64,000 bases of DNA, from the IMG/VR virus record IMGVR_UViG_3300002461_000323, positions 41,952 to 105,951 of that record; one strand, 5' to 3'. Positions 28,594 to 37,840 of the stretch are shown one piece after another. The notes beneath the pieces are model-generated. The model did no database searches, had not been told where the DNA came from, and was given only the letters and a program-made list of their open reading frames with translations. Made by a program: the position numbers and the translations under genes. The DNA is from a virus. Positions within the stretch are counted from its first letter, which is position 1. Each line of letters opens with the position of its first letter.

Positions 28594-28783
28594 CCTTGGA
28601 TCATTCTTTGACCAGCTTGAAGCCGAGAACCTGAAAAAGGCCAAGGCAGAGATTGCAGCCGAGCAGGCTGACCCGGCATTCCGTGAGCGCGTGCTCAAGC
28701 GCATGGCCGAGCGCGAAGCCGAACCCGACCCCGTGATCGAACCCGAAGAACCAGAAGAGGACGATGATGAGCATAATGAGTGA
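28583..28783 (+). CDS. small acidic hypothetical protein
   Basis: SD GAGG; acidic C-terminus. Confidence 0.55.
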   Translation: MPGDLGSFFDQLEAENLKKAKAEIAAEQADPAFRERVLKRMAEREAEPDPVIEPEEPEEDDDEHNE

Positions 28784-28973
28784 AATCGATCAGACGATCG
28801 AAGAAGTGGCTGAGCGGATTGCCGAGTTCATCCCGCAGTACCCGGAGATCATGACGCTCGACAGCCCCTGGGGGTTGCTGACGCTCCCGGGCGTGGACTT
28901 CGACGACATCGGGCCGTCTCTCGGCCAGGTGACCGCTGGCTTGGAACGTGCTCAGGCGCGTGCCCGTCGATGA
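28776..28973 (+). CDS. hypothetical protein
   Basis: Overlapping chain of small genes. Confidence 0.5.
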   Translation: MSEIDQTIEEVAERIAEFIPQYPEIMTLDSPWGLLTLPGVDFDDIGPSLGQVTAGLERAQARARR

Positions 28974-29293
28974 CCCGCAAGAAGGGCATGCCCGACCCGT
29001 CGCACCTGCTGGTGGCCGAGAAGCGCTGCCGAGAGTGCCTGTACTCGCCGACGAAGATCGTGAGCGGTGAGCGCAAGCAGCAGGTGATCGAGTCCTGCCA
29101 CCGCAGCGGCACGTACTTCGTGTGCCACAAGGGCTCGATGACCGGCAACAACCAACTCTGCTGCCGAGGCTTCTACGACAATGAGGACACGATGTTCCTG
29201 CGGTTGGCGCGTGCGCTCAAGCGCGTGAAGTTCATCCCAGTGCCTAACACCGACTCGGAGAGCCAGATTGAACCCCAAGTACCTGCGAAGTAA
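28970..29293 (+). CDS. Cys-rich (Zn-binding) hypothetical protein
   Basis: CRECLY..FVCHK...CCRGF motif. Confidence 0.6.
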   Translation: MTRKKGMPDPSHLLVAEKRCRECLYSPTKIVSGERKQQVIESCHRSGTYFVCHKGSMTGNNQLCCRGFYDNEDTMFLRLARALKRVKFIPVPNTDSESQIEPQVPAK

Positions 29294-29642
29294 CTGGCCG
29301 AAGCCCGGACTTCCGGTGTGGCCGCATCCACAGACTGGCCCGTTCTGCGTGAACCCTGAGTGTCCGTTCCACGAGAGCATCGTGCCCGACACGTGGTTCG
29401 AAATGAACGTGGTTATCGGAGGCCCTACGGGCTACGGACCACTGACGGCCTCTGCCCCTTACAAGTCAGAGCAGACCAAAGTACACCGTGCGATCGTTCC
29501 GTACGCGGTGCCAGAGAAGACTCCACCGATCTGGCCTCACCTATCCAACCACATAGAATTTGTGGTCCCGCTCTGCAGCGAGTGCCTGGAAGTCCCTCAA
29601 TTCACACAACAAGGCGTTGACTATGTTCTCGACGGCGATTGA
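29268..29642 (+). CDS. putative Zn-finger hypothetical protein
   Basis: CVNPECPFH and CSEC motifs; fills the gap. Confidence 0.45.
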   Translation: MNPKYLRSNWPKPGLPVWPHPQTGPFCVNPECPFHESIVPDTWFEMNVVIGGPTGYGPLTASAPYKSEQTKVHRAIVPYAVPEKTPPIWPHLSNHIEFVVPLCSECLEVPQFTQQGVDYVLDGD

Positions 29643-30813
29643 AGGCCGGATTCCGATGATCCAGGTGAAGACCGATGACACGGTGCACTTGGACGCCGTG
29701 CTCACCGCCTGGAGCCCGAGTGGCAAGATCATGCACATCAACGAGCCGTTGAACAGCATCCAGTTGTCGGCGAACACGCTCTTCTGGACTTCGAATGACA
29801 AGCTGGCGACCCCGGAGTTCTGGACGGCGCTGAAGAACAAGCACCGGACGCTCCTGTTCGTCAACTGCAAGCCCGGGATGATGGCGATGGACTGCGGCTG
29901 GCTGCTGCCCAAGCCCGAGCAACTGGGTGAGTTGGTCGAGGAATACACGGACGATCATCAGGTGTACCGGCTGGTCAAGGGCATGAGCTTGAAGGCCACG
30001 GACGAACTGATGATGCTGGTCAAGGCCCGGAGCAAGCAGGTGAACCGGAAGACCGTGCGGGCTCTCCGTCTGGAAATGGGACAGAGCATCCAAGGCCTGT
30101 ACTCGCTGGACACCGACTACGACTACTACGAGCCGCTACCCGAGCTTGTACAGTGGCTGGCGAAGAACCGGCCGTACCTGCTGAACGAGGATGCTCCGGC
30201 TGTGCTGGTTCCCCGGGGCCTGATGTTTCATGGTGCACCCGGCACCGGTAAGACGCTGGCCGCCCGGTACCTGGCGCGGAGCCTCGACATCCCACTCTAC
30301 CGCCTGGACACGGCGACCACGCTTACCAAGTACATCGGCGAGTCTGAAGGCCGGTTGGCTCAGGCGCTTGCGCAGGTGGACCGCGAGAGCCCGTGCGTGC
30401 TGCTGATCGACGAGGTGGAGAAGGTGTTCTCCGTCGATGGTGAGTCCAGCGTGATCCAGCGCATGCTCACCCAGTTTCTGTGGTGGCTGCAAGAGCACAA
30501 GTCGAGGGTGATCACGGTCATGACCTGCAATCGATTGCAGTTGGTGCCGCCCGAACTCTACCGATCCGGACGCGTGGACAAAGTGTTCGAGATTCCGAAG
30601 ATGCCCCCGAAAGAGGCGGTGCTCTTCGCTCAACGACTGCTGACTGAGACGATGAAGCTCAACGGCAAGAAACCGAAGCTCAAGCAGTTGGACAGTCTTC
30701 AAGCGCTGTCGGACATGCCGCAGACGAACGGCTGGTCAGCGGCTGAGGTGAGTGCGTACGTGCTGGAGCAGATCAAGGCCCACGATTGGCTTGGCCTTGA
30801 CAAACCCGCCTGA
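29623..30813 (+). CDS. AAA+ ATPase
   Basis: Walker A GAPGTGKT, pore loop KYIGESE, Walker B LLIDE, second region of homology PPELYRSGRVD. Confidence 0.9.
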   Translation: MFSTAIEGRIPMIQVKTDDTVHLDAVLTAWSPSGKIMHINEPLNSIQLSANTLFWTSNDKLATPEFWTALKNKHRTLLFVNCKPGMMAMDCGWLLPKPEQLGELVEEYTDDHQVYRLVKGMSLKATDELMMLVKARSKQVNRKTVRALRLEMGQSIQGLYSLDTDYDYYEPLPELVQWLAKNRPYLLNEDAPAVLVPRGLMFHGAPGTGKTLAARYLARSLDIPLYRLDTATTLTKYIGESEGRLAQALAQVDRESPCVLLIDEVEKVFSVDGESSVIQRMLTQFLWWLQEHKSRVITVMTCNRLQLVPPELYRSGRVDKVFEIPKMPPKEAVLFAQRLLTETMKLNGKKPKLKQLDSLQALSDMPQTNGWSAAEVSAYVLEQIKAHDWLGLDKPA

Positions 30814-30825
30814 CTTAGTTAAAAT
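30797..30825 (+). promoter_or_regulatory. sigma70-type promoter
   Basis: TTGACA-17-TAAAAT. Confidence 0.8.
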
Positions 30826-30869
30826 AATGGCTTAGATCGAGCCTCAACGTCCACAACAAGGAGTGTCAC

Positions 30870-31460
30870 ATGGACCTATCAATCCCCGGTATCACCGGAC
30901 CAAAGATGATCACCGGCCAGACCGGGCAGTACTGGGAGTACGCGAAGTCTGCTGAGTGTTCCATCTACCTGAAACTCAACTTCGAGCCCCTTGCGTGGGT
31001 GATCGATGGCAATCAGGGGACGATCGACAGTCTGCGCGTGAACGTGCTGTACTTCGGTCCGCAGTTCGACCTCCCGGCCCCGTACCTGCACCTGGACAGC
31101 CGTCCGTACGTGATCGACGGCGAGAAGGTCGGAGGCAACTTGATCGGCAAGCTCTGGGTGCCCCTCGGCCAGTTCAACAAGGCGATGCCAGCTATGTACG
31201 CGGCGGCCAAGCTCCACGGCATTCCCGAGGTCGTGGCCTCGCTCGCCCCGGTGGTCGCCGCGTGCGGTGCGAAGATCGTGATCGAACTCTCGACGTTGTT
31301 CGAGGTCATGTCCGAAGGCCTGGACAAGGAGCCGGTCGATATCAAGGACTACACGCCGCTCGTGTGCGAGCAGTACAACATGCACTTGCAGAAGGTGCGT
31401 GACGACGTGAAAGAGATCATCAAGGCCAAGGCGCTGAAGTCCGCTGGCCCCACCGAATAA
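30870..31460 (+). CDS. hypothetical protein
   Basis: SD AAGGAG after the promoter. Confidence 0.65.
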   Translation: MDLSIPGITGPKMITGQTGQYWEYAKSAECSIYLKLNFEPLAWVIDGNQGTIDSLRVNVLYFGPQFDLPAPYLHLDSRPYVIDGEKVGGNLIGKLWVPLGQFNKAMPAMYAAAKLHGIPEVVASLAPVVAACGAKIVIELSTLFEVMSEGLDKEPVDIKDYTPLVCEQYNMHLQKVRDDVKEIIKAKALKSAGPTE

Positions 31461-31505
31461 CCGCTGGCAGTCGGACACTGTCATTCTTCCCTCTAGGAGC
31501 TACCT

Positions 31506-32003
31506 ATGCAAATCGAACCCGCTGTCAGCAGCGAGCCGGTGTTCATCGACGGCATCAGCACGACGCTCTCGTACGTGATCATGGCGGTCAAGCGCGGTCC
31601 GCAGTACAACTGTGTGTGCCTGCGCAACAACGGCACCCTGAAGTTCTATCCGAACTACGAGTTCTGGGGCGTCACCCGCAGTCAATTGCACGACCTCGGC
31701 CTGACCGACACCTACCAGCGTGGCCCCTACCAGGGTGTGCACGGTGCGCAGACCGAGCCGATCGCCAAGCTGCTGAAGATTCTGCGTCTCCAGCGCGGTA
31801 CGGTGGTCGTCAACGACGAGCAGATGGTCGGCGTGTTCGGCACCTCGCAGACTGTGCGCAACCGCAGCCGCCTGCTCCACTCGGCCTCCCGTGGGCACGC
31901 TCCCCGTGCGCTGCCGACGATCGAAGAACTGCAGAAGATCGGGTTCACCGCCGAAGGCCCGATGCCCACGTTGGCCCTGGCGTTCGAACCCGCCGATGCC
32001 TGA
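31506..32003 (+). CDS. hypothetical protein
   Basis: SD AGGAG. Confidence 0.6.
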   Translation: MQIEPAVSSEPVFIDGISTTLSYVIMAVKRGPQYNCVCLRNNGTLKFYPNYEFWGVTRSQLHDLGLTDTYQRGPYQGVHGAQTEPIAKLLKILRLQRGTVVVNDEQMVGVFGTSQTVRNRSRLLHSASRGHAPRALPTIEELQKIGFTAEGPMPTLALAFEPADA

Positions 32004-32988
32004 CGGCGTCCTGTTCAGACCGGAGTACGTTGATCTGCTTGACGGCGATCACGTCTCCGCGCTGATGCTCAGCCAGATCGTCTACTGGTGCTCTCCGGGT
32101 AAGAACGGCAAGAGCCGCCTTCGTGCGTTCATGCGCGGAAAGCTCTGCTTGGTCAAGAGCCATCAGGACTGGTGGGATGAGCTTCGGCTCACCCGCCGTC
32201 AAACCAACCGCTGCCTGGACGTTCTCCGGGCAAAGAACTTTGTAGTCACGGAAGTCCACAAATGGCAGGGAAAACCGACGGTCCACCTGACGCTTCAGAA
32301 GAGCGTGCTCGACCTCGCCCTCGCTGGTTTGCACTCTACGGTGCAGACCGTTTGCACCACCGCGTGCATTCCCATTGCACCTACAAGTGCAAACGGTTTG
32401 CACCCAGACGTGCAATGCCTAACAGAGACTACTACAGAGACTACAACAGAGAGTACTAACGCGATCGACTTCGTCGAGTCGCAGGAGGAACCGACCATGG
32501 CTACAGCGCAAGAGATTCTCGAAGGCCTGAACAAGAAGGCAACTGCCCCTGTGAGCGGGACGAACACCATGGCGCTGGTCTTCCAATGGAAGAAGCAGGT
32601 GGGGCTGGTCAACGAAGGCCAGTTTGTGAAGCCGTTGACCCAGAAGGAAGTCGGCCAGTTGAAGCAGGTGTACGGCCTGCTGGGCGAGAAGGCGATCCCG
32701 CTGCTGGAGTTCGTTATCCCGAACTGGCAGAAGTTCGCCCAGGAGGTGCAGATGAGCAAGGGCCTGCAGGTGTTCCTGAATCCGGACACCGGGTTTCTGC
32801 TCAAGCACCTGGAGACCGCAGTGCAATTGAGTGCGCAGAAATCCGCACCGGTTGTGCAGGTCGCGCCGACCGTCATCAAACCAGTGGTGGACGTCCCGGT
32901 CAAAGCCGAGGAGAATCCTGACCTCGCCACAGAGGATGATGTGCAGGCCACCCTGGACGCTCTGAAGGCACTGAAAGGTAAATCATGA
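31996..32988 (+). CDS. phage replication initiator (winged-helix, lambda O/DnaD-like)
   Basis: ALMLSQIVYW..KS..DWWDEL.LT......L..L N-terminal wHTH; TETTTETTTE linker; contains iterons. Confidence 0.75.
   Translation: MPDGVLFRPEYVDLLDGDHVSALMLSQIVYWCSPGKNGKSRLRAFMRGKLCLVKSHQDWWDELRLTRRQTNRCLDVLRAKNFVVTEVHKWQGKPTVHLTLQKSVLDLALAGLHSTVQTVCTTACIPIAPTSANGLHPDVQCLTETTTETTTESTNAIDFVESQEEPTMATAQEILEGLNKKATAPVSGTNTMALVFQWKKQVGLVNEGQFVKPLTQKEVGQLKQVYGLLGEKAIPLLEFVIPNWQKFAQEVQMSKGLQVFLNPDTGFLLKHLETAVQLSAQKSAPVVQVAPTVIKPVVDVPVKAEENPDLATEDDVQATLDALKALKGKS
32329..32457. other. putative replication origin (iterons plus A-rich repeats)
   Basis: Four TTGCAC-N6-GTGCA(A/G/T) palindromes at an exact 23-bp period (32329, 32352, 32375, 32398), followed by three 12-bp ACAGAGA(C/G)TAC(T/A) repeats at 32422-32457. 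Confidence 0.75.
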
Positions 32989-33527
32989 TCACCGAAACGC
33001 CGGTGTCCGTGCTGGACAGCGTGCGACATGCCCGACTGCTGCAGGACATGGAGCACGTGTGCGCGGTCGCGAACGTGCCGAAGACGTTCGTTCATCAGTC
33101 GATGAAGGGCTTCTGCGATAGCCAAGAGATCGACTACATCGTGAACTTCCGGGTTTACCGGGAGAGCTACGCGGGTATGCTGCTGGTCGGCCGCTCGAAC
33201 GTGGACACCCGTTGCATGGCGATGGTCGGTGCGCTGGTTCGCAACTTCATCGACGCCCGGATGGTCCCGCTGAACACGTTGCTCGACAGCATGGACAGCA
33301 GTGTGGTGCCCGACCCGACGGTCATGGTCATCCCCAACCTGTTCGTGCAGACGATCGGCAAAGCCCTGCCCGCCTGGAAAATCCAGAGCGTGTACGACCT
33401 ACTCCTTAGCCGGTTCACCGCCAACCGTCCGACGATCGTCGCGGTGGAGAGCATGACCGGACTCCAGCAGGCTTACGGCCTGTCATTCGCTGAACACCTG
33501 AAGAACCACTACAAGACATCACCATGA
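32985..33527 (+). CDS. degenerate DnaC/IstB-like helicase loader
   Basis: Lies between the initiator and DnaB; DLLLSRFTANRPTIV resembles the DnaC C-terminus, but the Walker motifs are eroded. Confidence 0.5.
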   Translation: MITETPVSVLDSVRHARLLQDMEHVCAVANVPKTFVHQSMKGFCDSQEIDYIVNFRVYRESYAGMLLVGRSNVDTRCMAMVGALVRNFIDARMVPLNTLLDSMDSSVVPDPTVMVIPNLFVQTIGKALPAWKIQSVYDLLLSRFTANRPTIVAVESMTGLQQAYGLSFAEHLKNHYKTSP

Positions 33528-33985
33528 GTTCATTCGATAGACCGTGGCTGGTTGGCAACCAGAACGGTGTCACGCATGGAATGAGCCACACTGGAACCTA
33601 CAAGTCTTGGAGGGCGATGATGCAGAGGTGCGGGCACTGGAAAGGCCGCGATCATGCCCACAAGAGCAACAGCATCACCGTCTGTGAGCGCTGGCAAAAG
33701 TTTGAGAACTTCTTTGAAGACATGGGAGAGCGGCCACAAGGTAAGACCTTGGACCGCTACCCGAATCAGTCTGGCAACTACGAGCCTGGCAACTGCAGGT
33801 GGGCGACCCTACAAGAGCAACAACGGAATATGAAGTCCAACCGTTTACTCACTTTTGATGGCCGCACCCAGTGCTTGAAAGCCTGGGCAGAAGAACTAAA
33901 GATTACGCCAGAGGCAATAAACATGAGACTTCGTAAGTTGGGCTGGTCGATCGAAAAGGCGTTGTCCACGGGGGCAGTAAAATGA
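33524..33985 (+). CDS. HNH homing endonuclease-like protein
   Basis: THGMS.T.TY.SW.AM.QRC..ITVCERW..FENF.EDMGERP..TLDR...GNYEPGNCRWAT; lower GC than neighbours. Confidence 0.85.
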   Translation: MSSFDRPWLVGNQNGVTHGMSHTGTYKSWRAMMQRCGHWKGRDHAHKSNSITVCERWQKFENFFEDMGERPQGKTLDRYPNQSGNYEPGNCRWATLQEQQRNMKSNRLLTFDGRTQCLKAWAEELKITPEAINMRLRKLGWSIEKALSTGAVK

Positions 33986-35250
33986 GCAGCTTCGGAATTG
34001 GCTATAAGTGCATCAAGGCCATGTGCACCCAGGGAACGGCACTCACTTGGTACAAGGCGAAATTCGTCCCGGATATGTTCAGGCCGGGAGAACTCGAAAT
34101 GTTCGAGTGGGTGAACACCCACGTGCAGAAACACCACGCGCTGCCCGCGCTGGAAACGCTGTCTGGCAAGTTCCCGGACATTCAGCAGTTTCCTACGCCG
34201 GAGCCGCCAAGCTACTACGTGGAGCACCTGGAGAACAGGCTCTACTACGAGAAGATCAACGCAGCGAACATCGAGAGTCAGTCGCTGTTGAAGGAGAACC
34301 AAGGGAATATCGCGGGCGCGAAGAAGGCCCTGCAGGATGCTCTCGCGTACATCACGGTCCACGAGTACCGGATGAAGATCGTGAACCTGGCCCAAGAGGG
34401 TCCGGAAATGATCTTGAAGTCGTACCACAACGTGATGCTGGCCGAGAACGTGGGTCAGTTCGGATGGCCGTACATGGACGAGAGCACGGGAGGGCTCATG
34501 CCGGGCGACGTCGTGACGTTCATCGGAAGACCTGCGGCTGGCAAGACCTGGAAAGTCCTGTACTCGGCGCTCCATAACTGGCGGCAGGGCAAGCGGGTGC
34601 TCGTGGTTTCCATGGAAATGGCACCGCTGCCGCTGGTCCAGCGCTTGACCGCGATGTACACGCACTCGAACATCAGCCAGTTGAAGGTCGGCGGATTCTC
34701 GACTCAGTCGTACAAGAAGTTCTCGGCCTCGCTCCTGCAGATGTCCCAGGAGAACGACGGGTTCTTCGTAGTCGATGGCAACCTCGCGGCCTCGCCCGAG
34801 GACGTGTACACGCTGGCCGTGCAGTTGAAGTGCGATCAGGTGTACATCGACGGCGCGTACCTGATGCGGCACAAGAATCCCAAGCTCGACCGGTACACGC
34901 GGGTGGCCGAGAACGCGGAGACGATCAAGCGCGTGACTTCGGAAGCGGGCGTGCCGACGGTCGCCAGTTACCAGTTTGCGCGGACGGCGACCAAGGACAA
35001 GAAGAAGGGAGAACTCGCTGGCCTGGATGACATCGGCTACTCGGACGTCATCGGGCAGGTGAGCACGATCTCCCTCGGCCTCTTCCAAGACGACTCGGTT
35101 GAGACCATGGAAGGCCGGATCATCCGGGTGCTCAAGGGACGGAACGGCGAGATCGGCCAGTTCAAAATCCACTGGAACTTCGCCATAATGGATTTCAGTC
35201 AGGTGATCGAGACACCAGAGACCGAGAAGGGTGAACTCGACTATATTTGA
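33982..35250 (+). CDS. dnaB: replicative DnaB-like helicase
   Basis: Walker A GRPAAGKT, SMEM, VYID, YQFAR and KGRNG motifs. Confidence 0.85.
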   Translation: MSSFGIGYKCIKAMCTQGTALTWYKAKFVPDMFRPGELEMFEWVNTHVQKHHALPALETLSGKFPDIQQFPTPEPPSYYVEHLENRLYYEKINAANIESQSLLKENQGNIAGAKKALQDALAYITVHEYRMKIVNLAQEGPEMILKSYHNVMLAENVGQFGWPYMDESTGGLMPGDVVTFIGRPAAGKTWKVLYSALHNWRQGKRVLVVSMEMAPLPLVQRLTAMYTHSNISQLKVGGFSTQSYKKFSASLLQMSQENDGFFVVDGNLAASPEDVYTLAVQLKCDQVYIDGAYLMRHKNPKLDRYTRVAENAETIKRVTSEAGVPTVASYQFARTATKDKKKGELAGLDDIGYSDVIGQVSTISLGLFQDDSVETMEGRIIRVLKGRNGEIGQFKIHWNFAIMDFSQVIETPETEKGELDYI

Positions 35251-35274
35251 CAAACTATGCGTTTGAGGTATAAT
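35247..35274 (+). promoter_or_regulatory. sigma70-type promoter
   Basis: TTGACA-16-TATAAT. Confidence 0.75.
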
Positions 35275-35300
35275 GTTAGTAACCCCCAAAGGAGTGACCC

Positions 35301-35858
35301 ATGGCAATCAAGATCAATGTCCCCGCAGTTCTCGCCCAGGCAGAGGAACTCGCGTCCAAGCCGGTGAAAGCCGGTTCGTTTCTCAAACAGAAGTTGGCTG
35401 AGAAGGCGGCAGAGCCTGCTGAAGAACAGAAGTTGCCGGTGACCGAGCACAAGGGCGTAGCCAAAGTCCAGGTCTCGAACGAGATCACGGCGATGGTCAA
35501 CGAGCTTGTGCAATTGGACACGCACATGAAGTCCGTGCAGGCGTACGACACGATCAAGCGGATCGACGAGATCAAGAAGCTGCTGAGCGCGGCCGCCAAG
35601 GACATGCCACCCGAAGTCCAGGCGGTGTTCGAAGGCGATGACGGCACGATCGTGTTCTCCGAAGCCCGTGTGGAATCGAAGATCACGGACAAGCCAGGGC
35701 TGATCAAGCTCATGGGCAGTGACGTCTACATGCAGGCGAGTTCGATCACGCTCGGCGAGGCCAAGAAGTACCTGAGCGAACTGGAGTTGCAGAAGGTGAC
35801 GACCACGGGCTTCGGCTCGCGCACCCTCAAGGCGGTGATCGCCAAACCCGGAGCCTGA
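35301..35858 (+). CDS. hypothetical protein
   Basis: SD AAGGAG after the promoter. Confidence 0.65.
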   Translation: MAIKINVPAVLAQAEELASKPVKAGSFLKQKLAEKAAEPAEEQKLPVTEHKGVAKVQVSNEITAMVNELVQLDTHMKSVQAYDTIKRIDEIKKLLSAAAKDMPPEVQAVFEGDDGTIVFSEARVESKITDKPGLIKLMGSDVYMQASSITLGEAKKYLSELELQKVTTTGFGSRTLKAVIAKPGA

Positions 35859-35859
35859 C

Positions 35860-36594
35860 ATGGGCACGCCGATCAGCGCGAACGACCAGGCGAAAGACCT
35901 GGCGCTGCTGGAGAGCCAACTGCAATCAGTTGCAGAGCTTGCGGTGGCCCAGGCCGAGCAGATCAAGGAACTCATGCAGTTCACGACCGACGTCACGAAC
36001 GTGCTGAAGAAGCAACACCAGCGCATGGACGTCCTGCGACAGAGGGTCATGGACCAGACAGCCGCGCTGTACACGCTGACTCAGCATCACGTGATGACCA
36101 CTGACTTGATGCAGCAGGCTAAGTACAAGGTGGAAAGCTACCACCCTCCGAGCTACAGCGACATCCCGTACATGGGTGCGCCGGACCTGCAGCCGGTCAA
36201 GCCGATGAAGCTCGACATCAAGACCCCGGTCATGGACTACCACGAGGAACTGCTGAAGCAGACGATGGTCACTTCTGGGCTGTCGGGCTCGACCGCGAAT
36301 CTGGCGGACATGATTGTCAGCATCGACAAGGCCACAACCGCTGGCAGCGGCATGAACGCCGTGATGTTCACCACCAAGAAGGGCCAAGGCCTGGGCAAGA
36401 TCACGGACTTGAAGTTCAAGGACCAGATTAAAGACCTGACGTTCAGCGGGGACTACGAGGGCAAGATGGACCTTGGCAGCTTCTCGATCAGCCAAGTGCA
36501 GGAGTTCATGGAGGTCAAGACCCTCGGCGATCCGGTCGTCCAGATGGTTCCAGTGTCTTCCAGCACCACAATCAAGCCGACGGGCAGCCTATGA
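35860..36594 (+). CDS. hypothetical protein
   Basis: SD GGAG; N-terminal coiled coil. Confidence 0.6.
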   Translation: MGTPISANDQAKDLALLESQLQSVAELAVAQAEQIKELMQFTTDVTNVLKKQHQRMDVLRQRVMDQTAALYTLTQHHVMTTDLMQQAKYKVESYHPPSYSDIPYMGAPDLQPVKPMKLDIKTPVMDYHEELLKQTMVTSGLSGSTANLADMIVSIDKATTAGSGMNAVMFTTKKGQGLGKITDLKFKDQIKDLTFSGDYEGKMDLGSFSISQVQEFMEVKTLGDPVVQMVPVSSSTTIKPTGSL

Positions 36595-36767
36595 CCGACG
36601 CACACTTCCCCGACCACCCTGGGCGCAAGCCTGTCCTAACACCAGAACAGCAGATCGAGCAGCTTGAGACCAGACTGCAGGCTGCCCTGGTGCGGATCGA
36701 GAAGCTGGAGTTCTCGCACGAGAATCTCTGGACGGCTGTCGGCATTCTGCGGAACAAGGGCGGATGA
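36591..36767 (+). CDS. small coiled-coil protein (58 aa, not in the ORF track)
   Basis: ATGA overlaps at both ends. Confidence 0.55.
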   Translation: MTDAHFPDHPGRKPVLTPEQQIEQLETRLQAALVRIEKLEFSHENLWTAVGILRNKGG

Positions 36768-37759
36768 ACCTCGACCAGGCCAAAGCGTTGATCGTCGCCC
36801 TCGGGGGCAAGGTAGCGAGCACAAGTGGAACCTGGGTACGGGCACCGTGTGTGCTCGCCCCCTACACCCACAAGAGCGGCAAGGACTCGAACCCGAGCTT
36901 CGGGATCGCGTGCGAGCAGGGCAAGCCAGGGCGGTTCCACTGCTTCACCTGTGAGTCAGGCAGCCTGAGCAAGCTGCTGCAGATCGTGGAAATGGGGATC
37001 GTCCAGCAGCCCGGCAAGTTCAAGGGCGACCTGACAAAAGCCCGGGAGATCGTCGAGCAGGAGGAAGTGGACCTGCCGACGCTTCCCGCGTACTCCGAGT
37101 TCGATCAGGGCGAGCACAAGCAGTTTGAAGCCTTCCCCGAGTACTGGCTGGAGACCTACCCGCCGATCGACCACTACGTTCGAGCCCGGCAGTACTGGGA
37201 GTACCGGCAGTTCACGCCCGAGGAGGCGGTGAAGTTCGATGTACGGTACGACAAAGACGGTGACCGGCTGGTGTTCCCGTATCGCGACGTCTTCGGTCGG
37301 CTGGCAGGTGGACGGGGCAGGGGCATCGAGTTCCCTGGGGAGTCGCACTGGTCAGCCCACCACGATTACACGTGGAACAAGGTGAACAACGCGAGCAAGT
37401 GCTGGTACAACGAGCCGGTTCTCGACAGCCCCGGCCCTGTTCTGGTGGTCGAGGGCCAGTTCGATCTGATTCGTACGGTCAGGGTGTTCGAGCGGACGAT
37501 CGCCAACCTCACGGCCAAGCCGGTGCTCGACAAGGTGATCAAGCTCACGCAGATCGAGGGAGCAGTGCTGATGCTCGACGGCGATCAACCTGGGCGGGAT
37601 GCGACGAAGAAGTTCTGCGAGTTGCACGCGGTGATGAAGATACCGACGGCCTGCATTTACCTGCCGTACGACCCTGAGAAGAACGTGAAGAGCGATCCGG
37701 ACAAGCTAGGCGAAGAGTGGATCAAGGAGGCCCTGACCAATATGGGGCTGATCGATTGA
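36764..37759 (+). CDS. DNA primase (Zn finger + TOPRIM)
   Basis: C...H..GKDSNPSF...FHCFTC; RLVFP; GRG; VVEGQFD; LDGDQPG motifs. Confidence 0.85.
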   Translation: MNLDQAKALIVALGGKVASTSGTWVRAPCVLAPYTHKSGKDSNPSFGIACEQGKPGRFHCFTCESGSLSKLLQIVEMGIVQQPGKFKGDLTKAREIVEQEEVDLPTLPAYSEFDQGEHKQFEAFPEYWLETYPPIDHYVRARQYWEYRQFTPEEAVKFDVRYDKDGDRLVFPYRDVFGRLAGGRGRGIEFPGESHWSAHHDYTWNKVNNASKCWYNEPVLDSPGPVLVVEGQFDLIRTVRVFERTIANLTAKPVLDKVIKLTQIEGAVLMLDGDQPGRDATKKFCELHAVMKIPTACIYLPYDPEKNVKSDPDKLGEEWIKEALTNMGLID

Positions 37760-37784
37760 CATACCGATTTTGCATAGTTAAAAT
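37756..37784 (+). promoter_or_regulatory. sigma70-type promoter
   Basis: TTGACA-17-TAAAAT. Confidence 0.75.
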
Positions 37785-37840
37785 ACGTTCCGAGCATAGT
37801 GCTCATATCTAGTCCAGAGACGGACATCAAGGAGCCCATC

